The notes under the pieces were generated by a model, which saw only the letters and a list, made by a program, of their open reading frames with translations, ran no database searches and was not told the DNA's origin. 64,000 bases of DNA from Amphiscolops sp. MND2022 (Eukaryota): positions 88,538,001-88,602,000 of the forward strand of contig OZ076409.1 of the NCBI GenBank assembly GCA_964187785.1, given 5' to 3'. This document shows positions 1-13,707 of the stretch, piece after piece. Within the stretch, counting starts at the first letter, position 1. Every line of letters starts with the position of its first letter. The position numbers and the translations under genes are program-made.

Positions 1-399
1 TTCAGTTCACCTGACTGCCTTTGCTTACATTAGAAACTCGCGGTCGATGCTGATATCGCCTTTAGTACGTAAAATAGGTCACCACTTTCTCTGCTCAGAC
101 ACTATGTAAACAAAAGGATTTTGAAGTGCTTTCTTTTGTTTGCTAAAGTAGCGTGAAATTTCATCACCCTGCGAAAGGCATAAACTTTATCTCAGGGTCG
201 TAAAATTTCCGGGAGTCAATCCCCCGTCGAAAGAGTGGAGGAGTCACCGACCCGATGAAAGAGTGGAGGAGTCACTTGACCCTCTAATTACCTAACAATT
301 TTATATACTACTGCTAAGGACAGACTTTTCGACCAGGACAAACAATAAAGAAATACTCCCATGATACAGTGGACAACTGGAGATTAAAATGAAATATAG

Positions 400-1030
400 A
401 TTTCTAGGGGCTGTTAAACAGAACGCTATCACAGAAACGACAAGAACGGCCATGAAAAGCGACCGAGTACACTAATTCACTACCAATATATAGGCTATAT
501 GCCCTTATTCGTCTACACATTATCACAGAGAGAAACGTGTAACACAGCAGAGAAATTGGAGATTCAACAGATGTATTAAAACTCATTTTGGAAGAAGAGA
601 ACTGTGTATTCGGGAACAAAACGGCAGCCGAACTACTAGTTTCCAAGTTCCTGTCCCTACTTGGAAAAGCACCCGTTGATTTCGAGCTAAACGAAGAAAG
701 TCAAAAGACGTGATATGGCGGTACAAACCATAACGGACGCCAATCAGCAGAACATTTTCGTAAAGCTAAAGAATTTCCCAGGGACGGAAGAAAAGAAACG
801 GATCCGATACCTCAAAAAAATGAAAACCAGAAAAAAAGCCGATAAATCAGCAAAATTTAGAGCAACGACTGCAACCATTAGATGCGGACCGCAAAGTGGA
901 CAAGACAACACGGATAGCTAACAAAAAAGTAAAAATCACCAAAACTCATCCGGTAGAAGAGTATACCACATCAAAGAAGAAGAAACAAGCAACGCAGGAG
1001 AAGATCACCAGACACTATCCATTCAAGGAG
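400..1030 (+). pseudogene. Degenerate Gypsy-type gag fragment
   Basis: Broken frame reads ...RLHIITERNV*HSRE...LKLILEEENCVFGNKTAAELLVSKFLSLLG..., resembling the gag relic at 46.6-47.1 kb (KRNTYHSRGDFF...EKNCEFEDI). Stops present; boundaries approximate. Confidence 0.5.
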
Positions 1031-1699
1031 ACAAAGGTTCCATCAATGATCTACTCAGTGAAAAACAATGGACCAGAGTTGTACATTTGACTAACAGACT
1101 ATGAAAAGAGTCTTCAGAAACAACGTCCTGTTTTTTAATGATTCAAGGTGACCCATTCATGCCATGAGTGAAATCTGATGAATTGAAGAATGTAACAAAT
1201 TGTACTTTATTCCTTTATTGCCTGGAAAACCAGAGTGATCCGCCGATACTTTTGTTATTTTCTTTATTAATAACAGGATCAATTCCAATAAACGAAGTAC
1301 ATCAAGGAATTGAAAGTACTGCACCAAAACACAGAGGACTGGCTGAGAAACCACAACTAGTACAGTAACATTTCAGATAAAAAGGGCAAGCAGTATTCGG
1401 GTCAAAAGAATCAATTTTGGATTGCAAAAGGCATTCAGCCTAATAATGAAGGTAGGTAGGGGTGCCAAGTTGAACCACTTTCAACTTTAACAACACGTTT
1501 GCAGCACGTTAAGCACGGACACAAAAGCTCTGTTCTGACCATAATTTGAGTTTTTTCTGGTAATCACTCAGTAGAGGTTCCGATGAGAATTCAATGTCAC
1601 AATCGCATTAGCTATTTACTGTCTTCCAGAGCAGCAGTGAATTACCTGGGAAGATACAGGCAGCAAATTCAGTGACTTCAATGATGAAACGTAATTGTT

Positions 1700-3714
1700 T
1701 TAAAAGAAAGGCTTCTTCCCAGAATCCACCGTAAACACAAGCGCTGGAACCATTCAAGTTTTTTAAAAACCCCCAATGCTAGGGTGCCAGGTACATGAGG
1801 CATACAGAATTATCAGAACAATTGAAGTGCGGTATGACTTTAGCTTTCAATTACCATATAGTGCAAATGACAAGTTGCGCCTGAAAGAATTCAATAGTTT
1901 TGTGCAATTGGTATTTTGGTAGTCAATATGTTGTTCCAGGTATGATTAGCACTGATATAAATGACCAAATTCTTTATTCAGAGACAACCTTGAGCTCAGT
2001 CTCGTTTAAGATCAGTGTATTGCTCATTGGACATCCAAAAGACATGATTTTCCAATTAGAAGGATGAAAAGACAGACCATTTATCCTTGACCATGATGAT
2101 GAAGAATCTATATCTGCCTTAAGGCATTGTATAGACGCAGCTGACAATGTCTTCATATCATCACAATAGAGACAGTAAACGTAACTCCCAATAGCGTCTG
2201 GAAGGTCACTACTAAACAGGATAAAAAGAAATGATCTCAAAACACTGCCTTGAGGAACAACAGTTGTTACAATAGCAGGGCAAGGTAATACACCGTCAAC
2301 CTTCGCACCTTGCGTATGACCATAAAGATAGGACTGGAAAAATCCATAAATGAATTACCAAAACCAAAATTAGGACGTTTGCTTGGTAGTAAAGTGTTCA
2401 GAACAGAATTGAAGGCCTTTTCAACATTAAAATAAACTAACAAGCAGGGAGTGCTGGCATCAAAGCTGCTGTGCAATTTATCAAGATAAGAGATAAGTTG
2501 GGTTCAGGGTCACGCCGTTTCATGAAACCAGACTGCTGACGCTTGATGACAGGGCTGATAATAAGATAGATGTAGTTAAAAAGTAAACTTTCAGGAATAG
2601 GACTAATTTTGGAGAATAAGCTAATGGGCCTGTACTTGGATGTCATTGATGGAGAAAGATTTGTAGAGTGGGGTAATATATGATTTTAGATTCAATAATG
2701 CGAACAAAACGTACTTGTACAGCCGAGGCAAGTTGAGTTGGGACTAACACTGGTGTAAGATAGAAGAGTGTAAATTGTCAAATCCCATGGAGCCGGAATC
2801 ATAACAATCATGCAAATTTTCTGAATGGCACGTGCGCTGGTGTCAATGCCCTTCAATATCAACAGCGTTTGGTTACTTGTAACAAGTTTTTAAGGCTGCT
2901 GGGGTGAAAATGTGAAGTAAAGAAGCTGTTAAACAAGATAACTTTGGAAAAGCTATTGGATGCAGACACAATACCAAGCTTCATAACAGAATGAAAAACC
3001 GATGATCTTCTTAAATACCTAATTAATTCGAAAGAATTTTCAACCTATCGATAAGAAGATGTTCGACTCAGCAATATCTTGTGATATTTGATTCTGCGAA
3101 GCAGTGTTTGAACTTGCGGAAGCATGAGACATTTTCCTTCCTTTTCACTGTGCGTCTTTTGTATAACAAACGCACGGTGTGCAATGTAGAATTGAACGGT
3201 ACACTTATGAGGCGATTTCGTTTTGATTTGGTTGATTGTGAGAATGTGAGAATGCTGCGAGAATGTGAGAGTTCGAGACAATTTCTTCAAACCTTACATC
3301 GTTCTTGAATTAGCTTAAATTTAGATTGAAGATGGACATGTTGAAAGAGGACTTTGAAATAGATACTTGCGACGAAGAAGCAATAACATTAGCAAGAAGC
3401 TGGAAGTATATTGAATAATGATCCGAAAACTGTTCTTCGTCAATACGGTAAGACAAAAAGTCCCAATTCGTCAGTATGAGATTTAAAAGATTACAAATGA
3501 CAGGAGTCGTTTTGTCCACAATTTTGTTTAAACCTACATCTTCAATCAAGTCCAAAAATTTTGACTGACTGGGTTTAGTTGACGTGAAAAATGACCAACC
3601 ATTTTTAGGATAGTTAAAGTCACCGAGGTGTAGAATACTAGAAATGAACTATTTATTGATATATTTTAATGGTGCAAAAAAAGCCTCAAACAATGTGATT
3701 AAAGTAAACTATCT
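1700..3714 (-). mobile_element. Degenerate non-LTR retrotransposon (LINE, APE endonuclease + RT)
   Basis: Minus-strand fragments GDFNYP, LNLILTN and SDHYSI (APE); YRPISL...QQSGF, VEKAFNSV, VPQGSVL...LFILF and YCDDMK (RT). Many frameshifts; ends approximate. Confidence 0.85.
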
Positions 3715-3793
3715 TCTATTGATAAGGCATCAAGACGATCACTACAGATACGAAAAACACACGAAATACCAATCAGACATACACTTTACAACA
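3715..3793 (-). repeat. 3' LTR of the decayed Gypsy element
   Basis: gataaggcatcaagacgatc...acactttacaaca aligns with 8172-8242; begins TGT on the minus strand right after a purine tract. Confidence 0.7.
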
Positions 3794-6700
3794 TCTTTCC
3801 TCAAATTATAATCAACGATAACGAATTGGCTTTCGTATGGTGCTTCCAGAACAGGTTCTGTTTGTAATTTCGAGTTCGGATGATGCCCTAGGTAGTTCTT
3901 CATTGCAGTCTTCGGTCTGCCATTCCTTTGTAGACTCGAATTGGTCATCTGATAAGCTATTTGATTCGGTGGTTCTGTCGACAATGGTGTCGGTACCTTG
4001 TGACTCTTCAGGGTTTATCTCCACGTCGTCCCTTTTATCGGGTTCAATTTTCGGTTGTATTAGATTATTGGCTAGTAGGTCCCTGTCATTTCGTCTATAG
4101 CTTTTTCATCCGATTGAATAATTGTCGATAGCCGGGCAACTATTCTCCTGTCACACCTTCACTGTCGTACATTTTCGATTGATGACTGTACATTGCGACT
4201 CTGTCTCCAAGTGCATACTTATTGCTGGGTTCGTTGTTTGACAGGTCTTTCGCGGTTAGTTCCTCAACCAAGGAGAGGATCGTGCTACTGATCTTACTAC
4301 TCAGGAACTTTTAAACCGGTGATAATCCGTTCGTATTTGGTGTAGATCTAATCGCCAATAATGCTCGGAAACGATTGTTTTCAGTATTTCCACTTTTCCG
4401 CATTGCTTGTTTAAAAGTCTGTACATTTTGGTCAGCAAAACCGTTTCTGGCTGCATGATGTGGTGAAGAGGTTTTCAAGGTCACACCCCAGGTTTTATAG
4501 AATTGTTAAATATCGTGGCTAGCAAAATTCGGGGCGTTGGCAGAGATCATACTATGCGGAATTCCGTAACGGGCGAATAGGGTTTTCAGAGCAGCTATAA
4601 AAGATGAACTTGTTGTGCTTTCGAGTTAAAAAATCTCCGAAAATCCTGAGAAATAGTTTATCACTATAACGTAAGTGTCTCGAGCATATGTACAAATGTC
4701 AAACCCATGTCCTGCCAAGGAGCGTTACGTTTCTCGTGTTCTAACAAAGGCAAAGGTGGGTTTTGCCGTTGAGACATTTGGCAAGAATTGTATGACGCTA
4801 CTTTGTTAAAAATGTGAGTTGTCGTTCCTGACCAGTGTGCGTGACCTCGTGCGCGTGCCATACATTTGTTTTGTCCGAGATGATCATCGTGCATACAGTT
4901 TAACACGTGCTTTCTCACGGTTTGTGGTATAAACAGTGCGTTTCCTCGAAAGATGAGGTTGCCCACTTTGACAAGTACAAGACGTGTGTGGTAATATGCG
5001 CGTGTGTGTTGGTTACAATGTTGAATGTCATGTGTCCCTCCGTTGTCAATATAGCGTAAAACATGGTTTAGTTCTTCCTCCTTCCGGGTTGCAATGTGTA
5101 GTTCATGAAGCCTGGTTGATGTGAAAGGGTTGTGATCAATAACTGTTAATGCCTGTCTGTCCATTGCACTTGTCTGAATCAGTTCAGAGGTTGCATCTGT
5201 AACTCCGCTTCTGGAAAGTGTATCTGCGATCTCGTTAGAACTCCCACTTATGTGAAACATCTCGAAATCAAATTTGAGTAGTTTGAGGCGTCTTTGCTGG
5301 AGCCATGGTGTGCAATCAGCAGAGGGCTTTCTTAGGATTCCTAAAAATGGTTCGTGATCTGTCTCCATTGGAACTTTTCGACCCCATACGTATGTATAGA
5401 AGCGCTGTGTGGGTTCCGCTGCTTGTTCCATTAGTACAGCACCTAGTCCCTGTTTGTTAGCATCCGTAATAACTTTCACATTCATTTGTGGATTGAGTGT
5501 GCTAGTATGGGATCTGAACAGAGATAATGTTCGACTTCGTCAAGTGCTTTTCGGCAGCTTTCACTGAAATCGAAGACTGTGTTTTCCTTCAGCAAATCGT
5601 ACAGGAGTGCAAACTGAGTTGCAAGTGATGGAATAAAATCTTTCTCAAAGTGAACCAGGTCAATAGCGCTTCGAACTTCTGATTTGATGCTTGGTGTAAA
5701 ATTTTCTGAAAAGCTTCAATCTTCTCCTGCTGGATACTCACGCCTTCGTCCGAAATGTTGATTCCAAAAAACGTTTGTGACTTAACACCAAATTCGCATT
5801 TGGAACTGTTGAGTTGTAATCGTTGTTCGCGAAGTCTCTGACGTAGACTTCTAAAGTGCGTGTTATGCCCATCTTGGCTTCTGGAGTATACAAGTATATC
5901 GTCAACGAAACAAAATTCAACCCTTCTACAGCTTGTGTCACCGAGCGCTGACAGACTTCTTGTGCTGATGGGATTCCCTAAGGCATACGCCGGAGTCAGT
6001 ATCTGCCAAAGGGTGTTGTGAAGACTAATATTTTGGAAGTTTCCTCGCTAACAGGAATTTGCCAAAGGCGGCTTTGAAATCAACTTTGGAGAAAACTCTA
6101 GCGTCTTGCAGGTCTTCCATGACGTCTTCTATGTGAGGCATAGGGAAGTGTTCTCGTTGTATTGCGTTCTTCAGTGCTGGTGAATCAAGGCAGAGGCGAA
6201 ATTGTTTATTCGTGTTGATAGCTTTAACCGCGTTGCTGACCCATGAAGCGGGCTCTTCTATTTTTGCAAAAACACCCATTGCTTCCATACGATCTAGTTC
6301 TTTCTTGAATGGTTGTACTATGGCATGAGGAACACGTCTGGTTGGAATTATCACCGGATGCATATTGTTGACGTGAGCATGCAATACTATTTTAGGATTT
6401 CCAACCCCGTCAACAACTTCTTGAAATTCCGCTCTTACTGTCGTATAGGTTGAATGTTTCACAGCTTGTACTTTTTTTATATTAAACCCAGTTTCTCACA
6501 CAGGGTGCCACGTAGTGATATGTCAGGGTAAGTACCATCTGGAACTATCACAAACGTCTCAGTTGTCTTGTCGTTTCTGTTGGTTAATGAAACTTGTAGG
6601 TCCATGCATCCAGCCACATTCACGCGTTTGTTGCCTACACCAAATAGTCCACCGTGGAATCGTTTGAATAGTAAGTTTGGTGCTACTTTTTGCTGATTAC

Positions 6701-7200
6701 GTACAAGCATGATTATTATTTCTGCTCCGATGTCTGTTTTGTCTCCTACTGACTTGTTGTTTTTTTGAAGAACCACTTCCCATTCGTCATTGCGTGTCTT
6801 GGATGCTGGAAGATGGAAAATGGTTCTTCTGTTACTTTTTTGACTTTCAACTGTTGCTATGTTGTTATAATTTTTCGTTTTTGTTACATACACGAGCAAA
6901 ATGATTTCTTCAGTTGCAGTTGGAACAGATTTTTACCATAATCGGGACAATTTCTTGGAGGACATCGACTACCACAGTAGCGAAATGTGTATACGTTATT
7001 CTGTTTCTTGTCCGAAGAAGTTTTTATGACGGCGTCGACCTTGACGGATGGTGTGTCAGCTATATCTGTGATATCTTTCAACTGTTGTTTGCTCATTTTT
7101 GATATCTTGTATATTTCAATCGCTGTACATATGTCCTGTTCTCGCTCCCGTAGTAGTCGTTCTTTGACTGAGCGGTCTTGTACTCCTAGTACTATTGCGT

Positions 7201-7762
7201 TTTCACCAGCGAGTCCAGAAAATAGCTATATATATATCCAAGTCGAAAAATTTTGGTCAAAAATACCCTGGTCGAAAGTGGTCGACAAGGAGTTCGGTCG
7301 AAATTGAAGGGGGATAGTTACTCGGTCGACATAATTAGGTCGAATATGTAATATTTTGCGAAAATGATCGAAAAACATTGGGGTCATAGACGGTGTATGC
7401 ACGCTCGCCCTCACCGTTGCAAAGACCACCTCCCATTATGATGGCTTCGCGATCTCTGTTCCCACTGGGTCTTTACTCCTGTTTGACCTCGCTTAGCAAG
7501 ATGGGAATATAAGCGGCCCCGAGGGGCCGCATGGCACTAGAGGAAATGGGGACATAAGCGAGGCACGTTTTATACTCCAAATCAATTCCAAATCGGGAAG
7601 TTTCATGTTGCCTGTCATATGTCGATCCAAGTTGCTCCAACCTGGATCGCTGATTTCGATTTCGATGCGACGATTCGATCATTTTATTTCGATTCCGTTA
7701 TTTCCACCCCAGCTTATCGCTTGAAGTTCGACCGAATGTTTTCGACTCGATTTGTGTCACCC
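7201..7762. mobile_element. About 560-bp non-coding insertion interrupting gag (MITE-like)
   Basis: gag reads ...RCEFGYLR above 7762 and resumes AIVLGVQDRSVKERLL below about 7200. The insert is rich in TCGA/GTCGA motifs; terminal inverted similarity is weak. Confidence 0.55.
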
Positions 7763-8165
7763 TCGTAAATAACCAAATTCACATCTAGATGATAATCGCT
7801 TGATATCAGTTACCCATTTTTGAACTGGTTCGGCTTGTACTTGTTTCCGACTGAAGAACATGTCTTTCAAATGTCAAGTTTTGTTTGGGAATGGAATATT
7901 CCTCAAATTTGCGAAGTAGTGGATCTATTGTGTACGCTTCTTCGGTGGTAAACGTGAAGTTATTGGAGATGTGCAACGAATCTTCACTCATGACGTGTAG
8001 TATTGAGAAACATTAGTATTTTTTCCTCTTTTTGATCAAGTTCCGATGCCGTTAGAAATGTTTGAAACCGTTGTTTGAGTTTTTTCCCATGTTGTGAGGA
8101 TTTCGCCATCCAGTTGTAATGGTGTCGGTGGTTTGATATCCATTGAGTGAGTTCTCCTGTCACAA

Positions 8166-8242
8166 TGTAAAGATAAGCCATCAAGAGGATCTTTACTGAT
8201 ACTAAAAACACACGAAATACCAACCTGACACACTTTACAACA
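8166..8242 (-). repeat. 5' LTR of the decayed Gypsy element
   Basis: TGT...ACA on the minus strand, followed by a PBS-like sequence and the gag ATG. Confidence 0.7.
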
Positions 8243-8368
8243 AATAGATTTTTGACCAAAGGGTCAAAGAGCTTCAACAAAATTATATGTGTATCATGCT
8301 GTCTCAATCATGCTGTATCATGCTTATTCAATGTATAACGACCCAAACTCGACATTTTTGTGAGAAAA

Positions 8369-8449
8369 TAGCCAATACAGGACTCGAACTTGCATCTCAA
8401 TACAGATGTTGCTAGTAGTCAAGCGCAATAACCATAAGACCAAATGGCC
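8369..8449 (-). repeat. tRNA-derived sequence (SINE head or tRNA pseudogene)
   Basis: GGCCATTTGGTCTTATGG (A-box-like) ... GTTCGAGTCC (B box) ... ATTGGCTA, with a partial acceptor stem and an imperfect anticodon arm. Confidence 0.55.
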
Positions 8450-9198
8450 TATTTAGTCTCACCAATCATTCGACTTATCACCAACACCGCTGTTGTTACA
8501 GATGTAAACATTTCAAAAAAGGAGCTGGCTGCTAGTTGACGAAACGTTTGAGAAGATTGAAGATTTGTATCCACAAAATAAATAGCTAGCTGCTGAAGCC
8601 TGAAATGCGGATTGCAATGTTTTCGAAAATGTGGTCAAAATAATAAAGGGCTGGAAATTCAAATTTGAATTAGCTGTAAAACTTGCAATTAGAATTTTAT
8701 AAAAGATTGGGAGCTAAAACTCCGGGAGTGAGAAGATAATTGAAGATAATTGCATCAGGTATGCCGAACAAGAAGGGGCAAAAACAACAAACTCTCAGCT
8801 ATTTGAACTGGTCGTTTATCCAACCTACATTTCAGACCCTTTAGCCTATTTTTTGTGATGGGCTTGTTAAATAGCTTCAGAGATGGCAATTATTTGAGTT
8901 TGAGACAGCTGGACAACTTCTCGGATGCTGTTTTGTTGGTTTGTCGCTGCATTTGGGCTGAAAGAACCATCACAACCCGGTGAGATAATTCAATTTATAT
9001 TTCATTTTATCAATTCAGATTTCGTTCCAAATACGGATTGCTTCACTGTTGTGATTGTTTTGTTGAGGAGATTGGCACACATCCAAATGTGGTGTTCCTG
9101 CAATTGGTTAGGTTTCGAGGTTGAGTTGTGATGAAAAACAACGAAACCTGGAACGCTCTGAAGTGTTTGAAACCCTCAGGGTTGATAGTTTGGTTCGT

Positions 9199-9617
9199 GA
9201 CGTGTGTGGTAATATGCGCGTGTGTGTTGGTTACAATGTTGAATGTCATGTGTCCCTCCGTTGTCAATATAGCGTAAAACATGGTTTAGTTCTTCCTCCT
9301 TCCGGGTTGCAATGTGTAGTTCATGAAGCCTGGTTGATGTGAAAGGGTTGTGATCAATAACTGTTAATGCCTGTCTGTCCATTGCACTTGTCTGAATCAG
9401 TTCAGAGGTTGCATCTGTAACTCCGCTTCTGGAAAGTGTATCTGCGATCTCGTTAGAACTCCCACTTATGTGAAACATCTCGAAATCAAATTTGAGTAGT
9501 TTGAGGCGTCTTTGCTGGAGCCATGGTGTGCAATCAGTTAAGGGCTTTCTAAGGATTCCTGAAAATGAATCGTGATCTGTCTCCATTGGAACTTTTCGAC
9601 CCTATACGTATGTATAG
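9199..9617 (-). repeat. Near-identical local copy of 4981-5399 (Gypsy RNase H/linker segment)
   Basis: Direct comparison; ORF 9176..9586 repeats the peptide TPWLQQRRLKLLKFDFE...RAYYHTR of ORF 4664..5485. Confidence 0.95.
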
Positions 9618-12028
9618 CCGAATTTAAATGTAGTAGGTGCTCTTTAGTGAACACAATCCCTCAGTGTCAGGATGATAACTTTAGACCAGACACCCTTTTT
9701 AATGCAGGAGTTGTTAACTTGGAAAGAGTTCCTAAAAATTTACGGATCCCATTACCTGAAAACTTGATACCCTGAATTAATGATGTTTGTGACACCCCGT
9801 CAAATATTGCCTTTTGGTGCTTACTGCTCTCCTCTCTAATCCGTTTTTTGGAAAAACCACCTCGAGAGGTAAACGGTAGAGGTCATCACCCAGAGCAATT
9901 ATCAACAAGCGTATTCGAGATGGTGGCACTGAGAAAGAACCGAAACGCGAAGAAAACCGCAGCAAAAAAGAGGGTAAGATCGATGACTCCGTTCCTATTT
10001 GCACTAAATTAGACGATGATAAACTTAGACCGGAATCAGAATGGCAGTAGGCGTTGACAAGATTGCAGATTTCACGGTCGACAACTACGCTGCCCTCAGG
10101 CTGAAACATCCGTAGAGGAAAACTTGCCCTGTACCGGACCCCACAGATATCGATTGTTTCTCAACTTCGGAGTTTTTTGTCCACAAGGCTCTCATGTCCT
10201 TCCCAAACGGCTCTACGGCGGGGTTGGATGGTATTTCGCACAAATTTTGAAAAATTTGACTGCCAAGTCGAACCGGTAAACTGGACTGAATTTTCTCAGA
10301 GCCCTAACAAATCTTGTGAATGTGACTCTCGATGGAAAAGAACCTTTGGAACTTCGGCTGTACTTCTTTGGGTGCAAAACTAATTGCGCTAAAAAAGCTC
10401 GATGGAGGACTTCGTCATATCGCTGTAGGTAGTACTTTCCGCCAGATGTCCGCAAAATGTGTCGGATACCGTGTCTTCGAATCACGTCAAGCAAGATATG
10501 GAAATCGACAAGTAAGTGTAGGCTTCAAAAGGGTGCTGAAATGGCCTCACATGTTTCCGTTGTTTGATAGAAAGCCCCCAGCCCAAAGAAAACGTAATTT
10601 TGCAAATTGACTATGAAAACGCTTCCAATTCGATAAACCGACAACTCATGTTAAAGAAAATTTTTGAAGTTCACCCTGAAGTTAATAAGTACTGACACTC
10701 GGAGTACAGTCAGCCAAGTTGTCTTTTTTACGGTGATTCAAAAATCAAGTCTTGTGAAGGGATCCAGCAAGGAGATCCTGAGTCTCCAGCTTCATTTTCG
10801 GATTCCATTCAGGATCTGGTTGACAGTTTGGAGTCGAGAATAAACTTATGGTACCTTGACGATCGAACTGAAGTGATGATTACAGAACCGTTTTGAAAGG
10901 TCTCAAAAATTGTTTTAAGCGGAAAAAACGCCGAGACTCAAACAAAAACCAACGAAATGCGAAATTTTTTTCCTTGGTGACATCACTGAAAAACGACAAT
11001 CGACAGTTTTAGCATCTTTCCAAAAACTTTGCCCCGGGATCAAAACACCAAAGAAAGATGAACTTTTCATTCGGGGTTCACCGCTTGGTAAGAAATCTCA
11101 AGCAGACTTATTGGAAAAGACATTTAATGAACTGGGAAAAGGTCATGGAATTGTTGAAAAACTAGATGCGCACTATGGTTTTTCATGTTGAAGAATTAAT
11201 TCAGTCTGCCAAAGTTGTTGTACTTCCTGAGAACCATTACATGTTTTAATCATCCTGCTTTCCTGGAAAAATATGACAAAACCGTACGCGACAGGCTTTG
11301 AGAAGTGTGTAACGTGAACTTCGACGATATTTCGAGTACTCAGCTGGCTCTGCCCGCTGAGGTGGGTCATCTTGGGGTTTCATCTGCATCAATATTAGCA
11401 CTTTTCGCCTTTCTGACATCAGTTTTTGGTGCAAATGACTTTCTCCGATGGAAAGTCCTCTCGATGGAACTCAGCAAAATTGGACACAACCTGTCCACGT
11501 CGGAACCGCCCAAGACTTGATTTCTAGAATGGATGACAAAGTTCGAAAGTTTTTAACTATCGTCAAGGCAAGTTCGGGTCTCAATGGCTATTTGTCGTTC
11601 CTTGCAAGAACCTAGGCCTGAAACTTGATGATCAGCAGCTTCGGATTTCATTAGGTTTGCGTATCGTAGTCGACATCCGTGTTGCGCATACGTGCCACTG
11701 TGGTAAAAGAGTTGAACGGGACAGTTTACACGGTCTTTCTTGCACCAATAGTGCTGGTCGCTTCTCACGTCATGCTACTTTCAATTCTCTCATAAAGCAG
11801 ACGTTGGGTTCTCTCGACTTGCCTTCAGTGCTCGAACTGCATGGACTGTAGCGATCTGATGGCAAACGCCCAGACGTTGTTACCATGATTCCTTGGGAAA
11901 TGGGTAAACAGCTGGTGTGGGATGTCACGGTTGTGGATGCTCTTGAACCCAGCCGTCTGAATCAAAGCTGTTTATGCAACCCGGGAACCACCGAGGCCAC
12001 CGAGGCCACCGAGGCCACCGAGGCCACC
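9618..12028 (+). mobile_element. Degenerate CRE-like non-LTR retrotransposon (RT + restriction-like endonuclease)
   Basis: GAKLIALKKLDGGLRHIAVG, QQGDPESP, WYLDD, CHCG...HGLSC...RFSRH and DGKRPD...[17 protein letters not shown]; frameshifted. Confidence 0.85.
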
Positions 12029-12309
12029 GAGTTTTTTGTCCACAAGGCTTTCATGTCCTTCCCAAACGGCTCTACTGCAGAGTTGGATGGTATTTCGCGC
12101 AAATTTTGAAAAATTTGACTGCCAAGTCGAACGGGTAAACTGGACTGAAAATTTTCTCAGAGCCCTAACAAATCTTGTGAAAGTGACTCTCGATGGAAAA
12201 GAACCTTTGGAACTTCGGCTGTACTTCTTTGGGTGCAAAACTAATTGCGCTAAAAAAGCTCGATGGAGGACTTCGTCATATGGCTGTAGGTAGTACTTTC
12301 CGCCAGATG

Positions 12310-13460
12310 CGGACTTCCTCCAAGATGCGGACTTAACATGTAAGTATGCAGATGATAGTACTTCTCTTTCAAGCAAAGAAAACTTAAGCACATCTTTAGA
12401 AAAGGCAGAAAACTATACATTTAAATGGAGGCAGGTGCTGAATAAAGACAAAACTCAACATATAAATCTCTCAAAAAAAGTTCTTCAGTCCGACTAAAAA
12501 TTTGTTGAGAGAAGTAAAATACTGGGCTTATGGTTTGGGCGAGATTTGAGTTTTTCAAAACACATGCTGCCATTATCTCTGTCTTGGTTAAGAGAAATTG
12601 TTATTTTCTGGAAAGAAACTAGTATACTTAAACGCAAGGATTCAATTCATTTTACGCTGTACGTATCTTTGACTCATATGTGGAACCACGTGTGACGTAC
12701 TGTATGACTATTTGGTTTCATCAAAATATGACATCTCTGGACAAAATGTGTTGGAGTGTTCATAAATCTATCTTTTGGATAAAAAACTACCGAGTATCGA
12801 AACACGTAGTTAGTGTTTTGAGTATTATTTGGCCTCCTTCCCTACTCTACACTAATCAAGTTTTAATGTTTCTGCATTCAACTGCTGGAAGTGCAGATAT
12901 TCTAAACCCAGGTAGTTTAGCAATCATACCCCAATATATAAATATGGTGAGATTTTTTTTTGGTACGCAAACTTTCAATTGTAAATCGTGATTCTGATGA
13001 AATTAAGGCAATATACATACAATATGCTAGATAATCCTCGGTCAGTACTTTTAAGAAGGAGGTGGATGAGTATTGCAGGCACTTATGGCAACGAGAGGTA
13101 AAGCAAAGTCTTATGTACACAAAGTACTCAGGGCTTAAAGTAAGAAACATGATTATGAAAATGCTTGCACCATATCCTTGGAAAGTTTCTGTCAAAACGC
13201 TACGTGTACTAATGAATGGTTTTGAATTACGCGAAGTATTATTCAGAAGTAAAAAGTGCAAAACCGATATTTGTCCCTATTGTAGAGTTGTCGATGATAC
13301 TGCACATTCCTTACTTTCCTGTGTCTCATACCAAGAACACCGAAGAAGTTTCAATAAGAAGCTTTAAAATAAAAAAAATAGACGAAACGCTAGTTGGTTT
13401 GTTAAATTGCGAAAACAAGCATGTTATAAGCGCGTTGGCTGGCTTTTTTTGCAAGCTTCG
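12310..13460 (+). pseudogene. LINE 3' fragment (YADD to C-terminal zinc knuckle), copy 1
   Basis: KYADDST at about 12342 and ICPYCRVVDDTAHSLLSC; frameshifted. Confidence 0.75.
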
Positions 13461-13707
13461 AATAATTCTTATAACCCTGCACTTTTCTTACTGTGTCAAT
13501 TCTATTTATACTATTCAGAAAGTCATTTGTACTGCCACATCCCGAAGGTTGTTTGCTCTCTTCTCCTTCTTAGCGATAGAGATGCGTTCGAAGAAACTTC
13601 TTTTACAACTTTTTTCACAGCTTATTTTTTTAACCTCTATATCACTGCAGCCTTAAAAAATTTCTACCGGTCGACTGGGGTAGTGGCTGTTATGAGTAGT
13701 TTGTTGG

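Larger units (their letters stand above)
3715..8242 (-). mobile_element. Degenerate Gypsy LTR retrotransposon with very short (about 77 bp) LTRs
   Basis: gag (MDIKPPTPLQLDG..., NLTFERHV), protease (DIGAE), RT (IEEPASWVSN, RLCLD, FSKVD), RNase H (TDANKQGLGAVL, ETDH) and integrase zinc finger (HDDHLG) in Gypsy order. Terminal repeats at 3715-3793 and 8166-8242, PPT GAGGAAAGA next to 3793, PBS-like TGTGACAGGAG next to 8165. Confidence 0.85.

Noticed and set aside
229..275. Direct repeat gaaagagtggaggagtcac x2
   Set aside because: Only two copies, probably in the leader of the adjacent gag relic; nothing further supportable.
8369..8449. Functional tRNA genes here and at 18771-18839
   Set aside because: A/B boxes are present but the anticodon arms do not fold canonically; treated as SINE/pseudogene.
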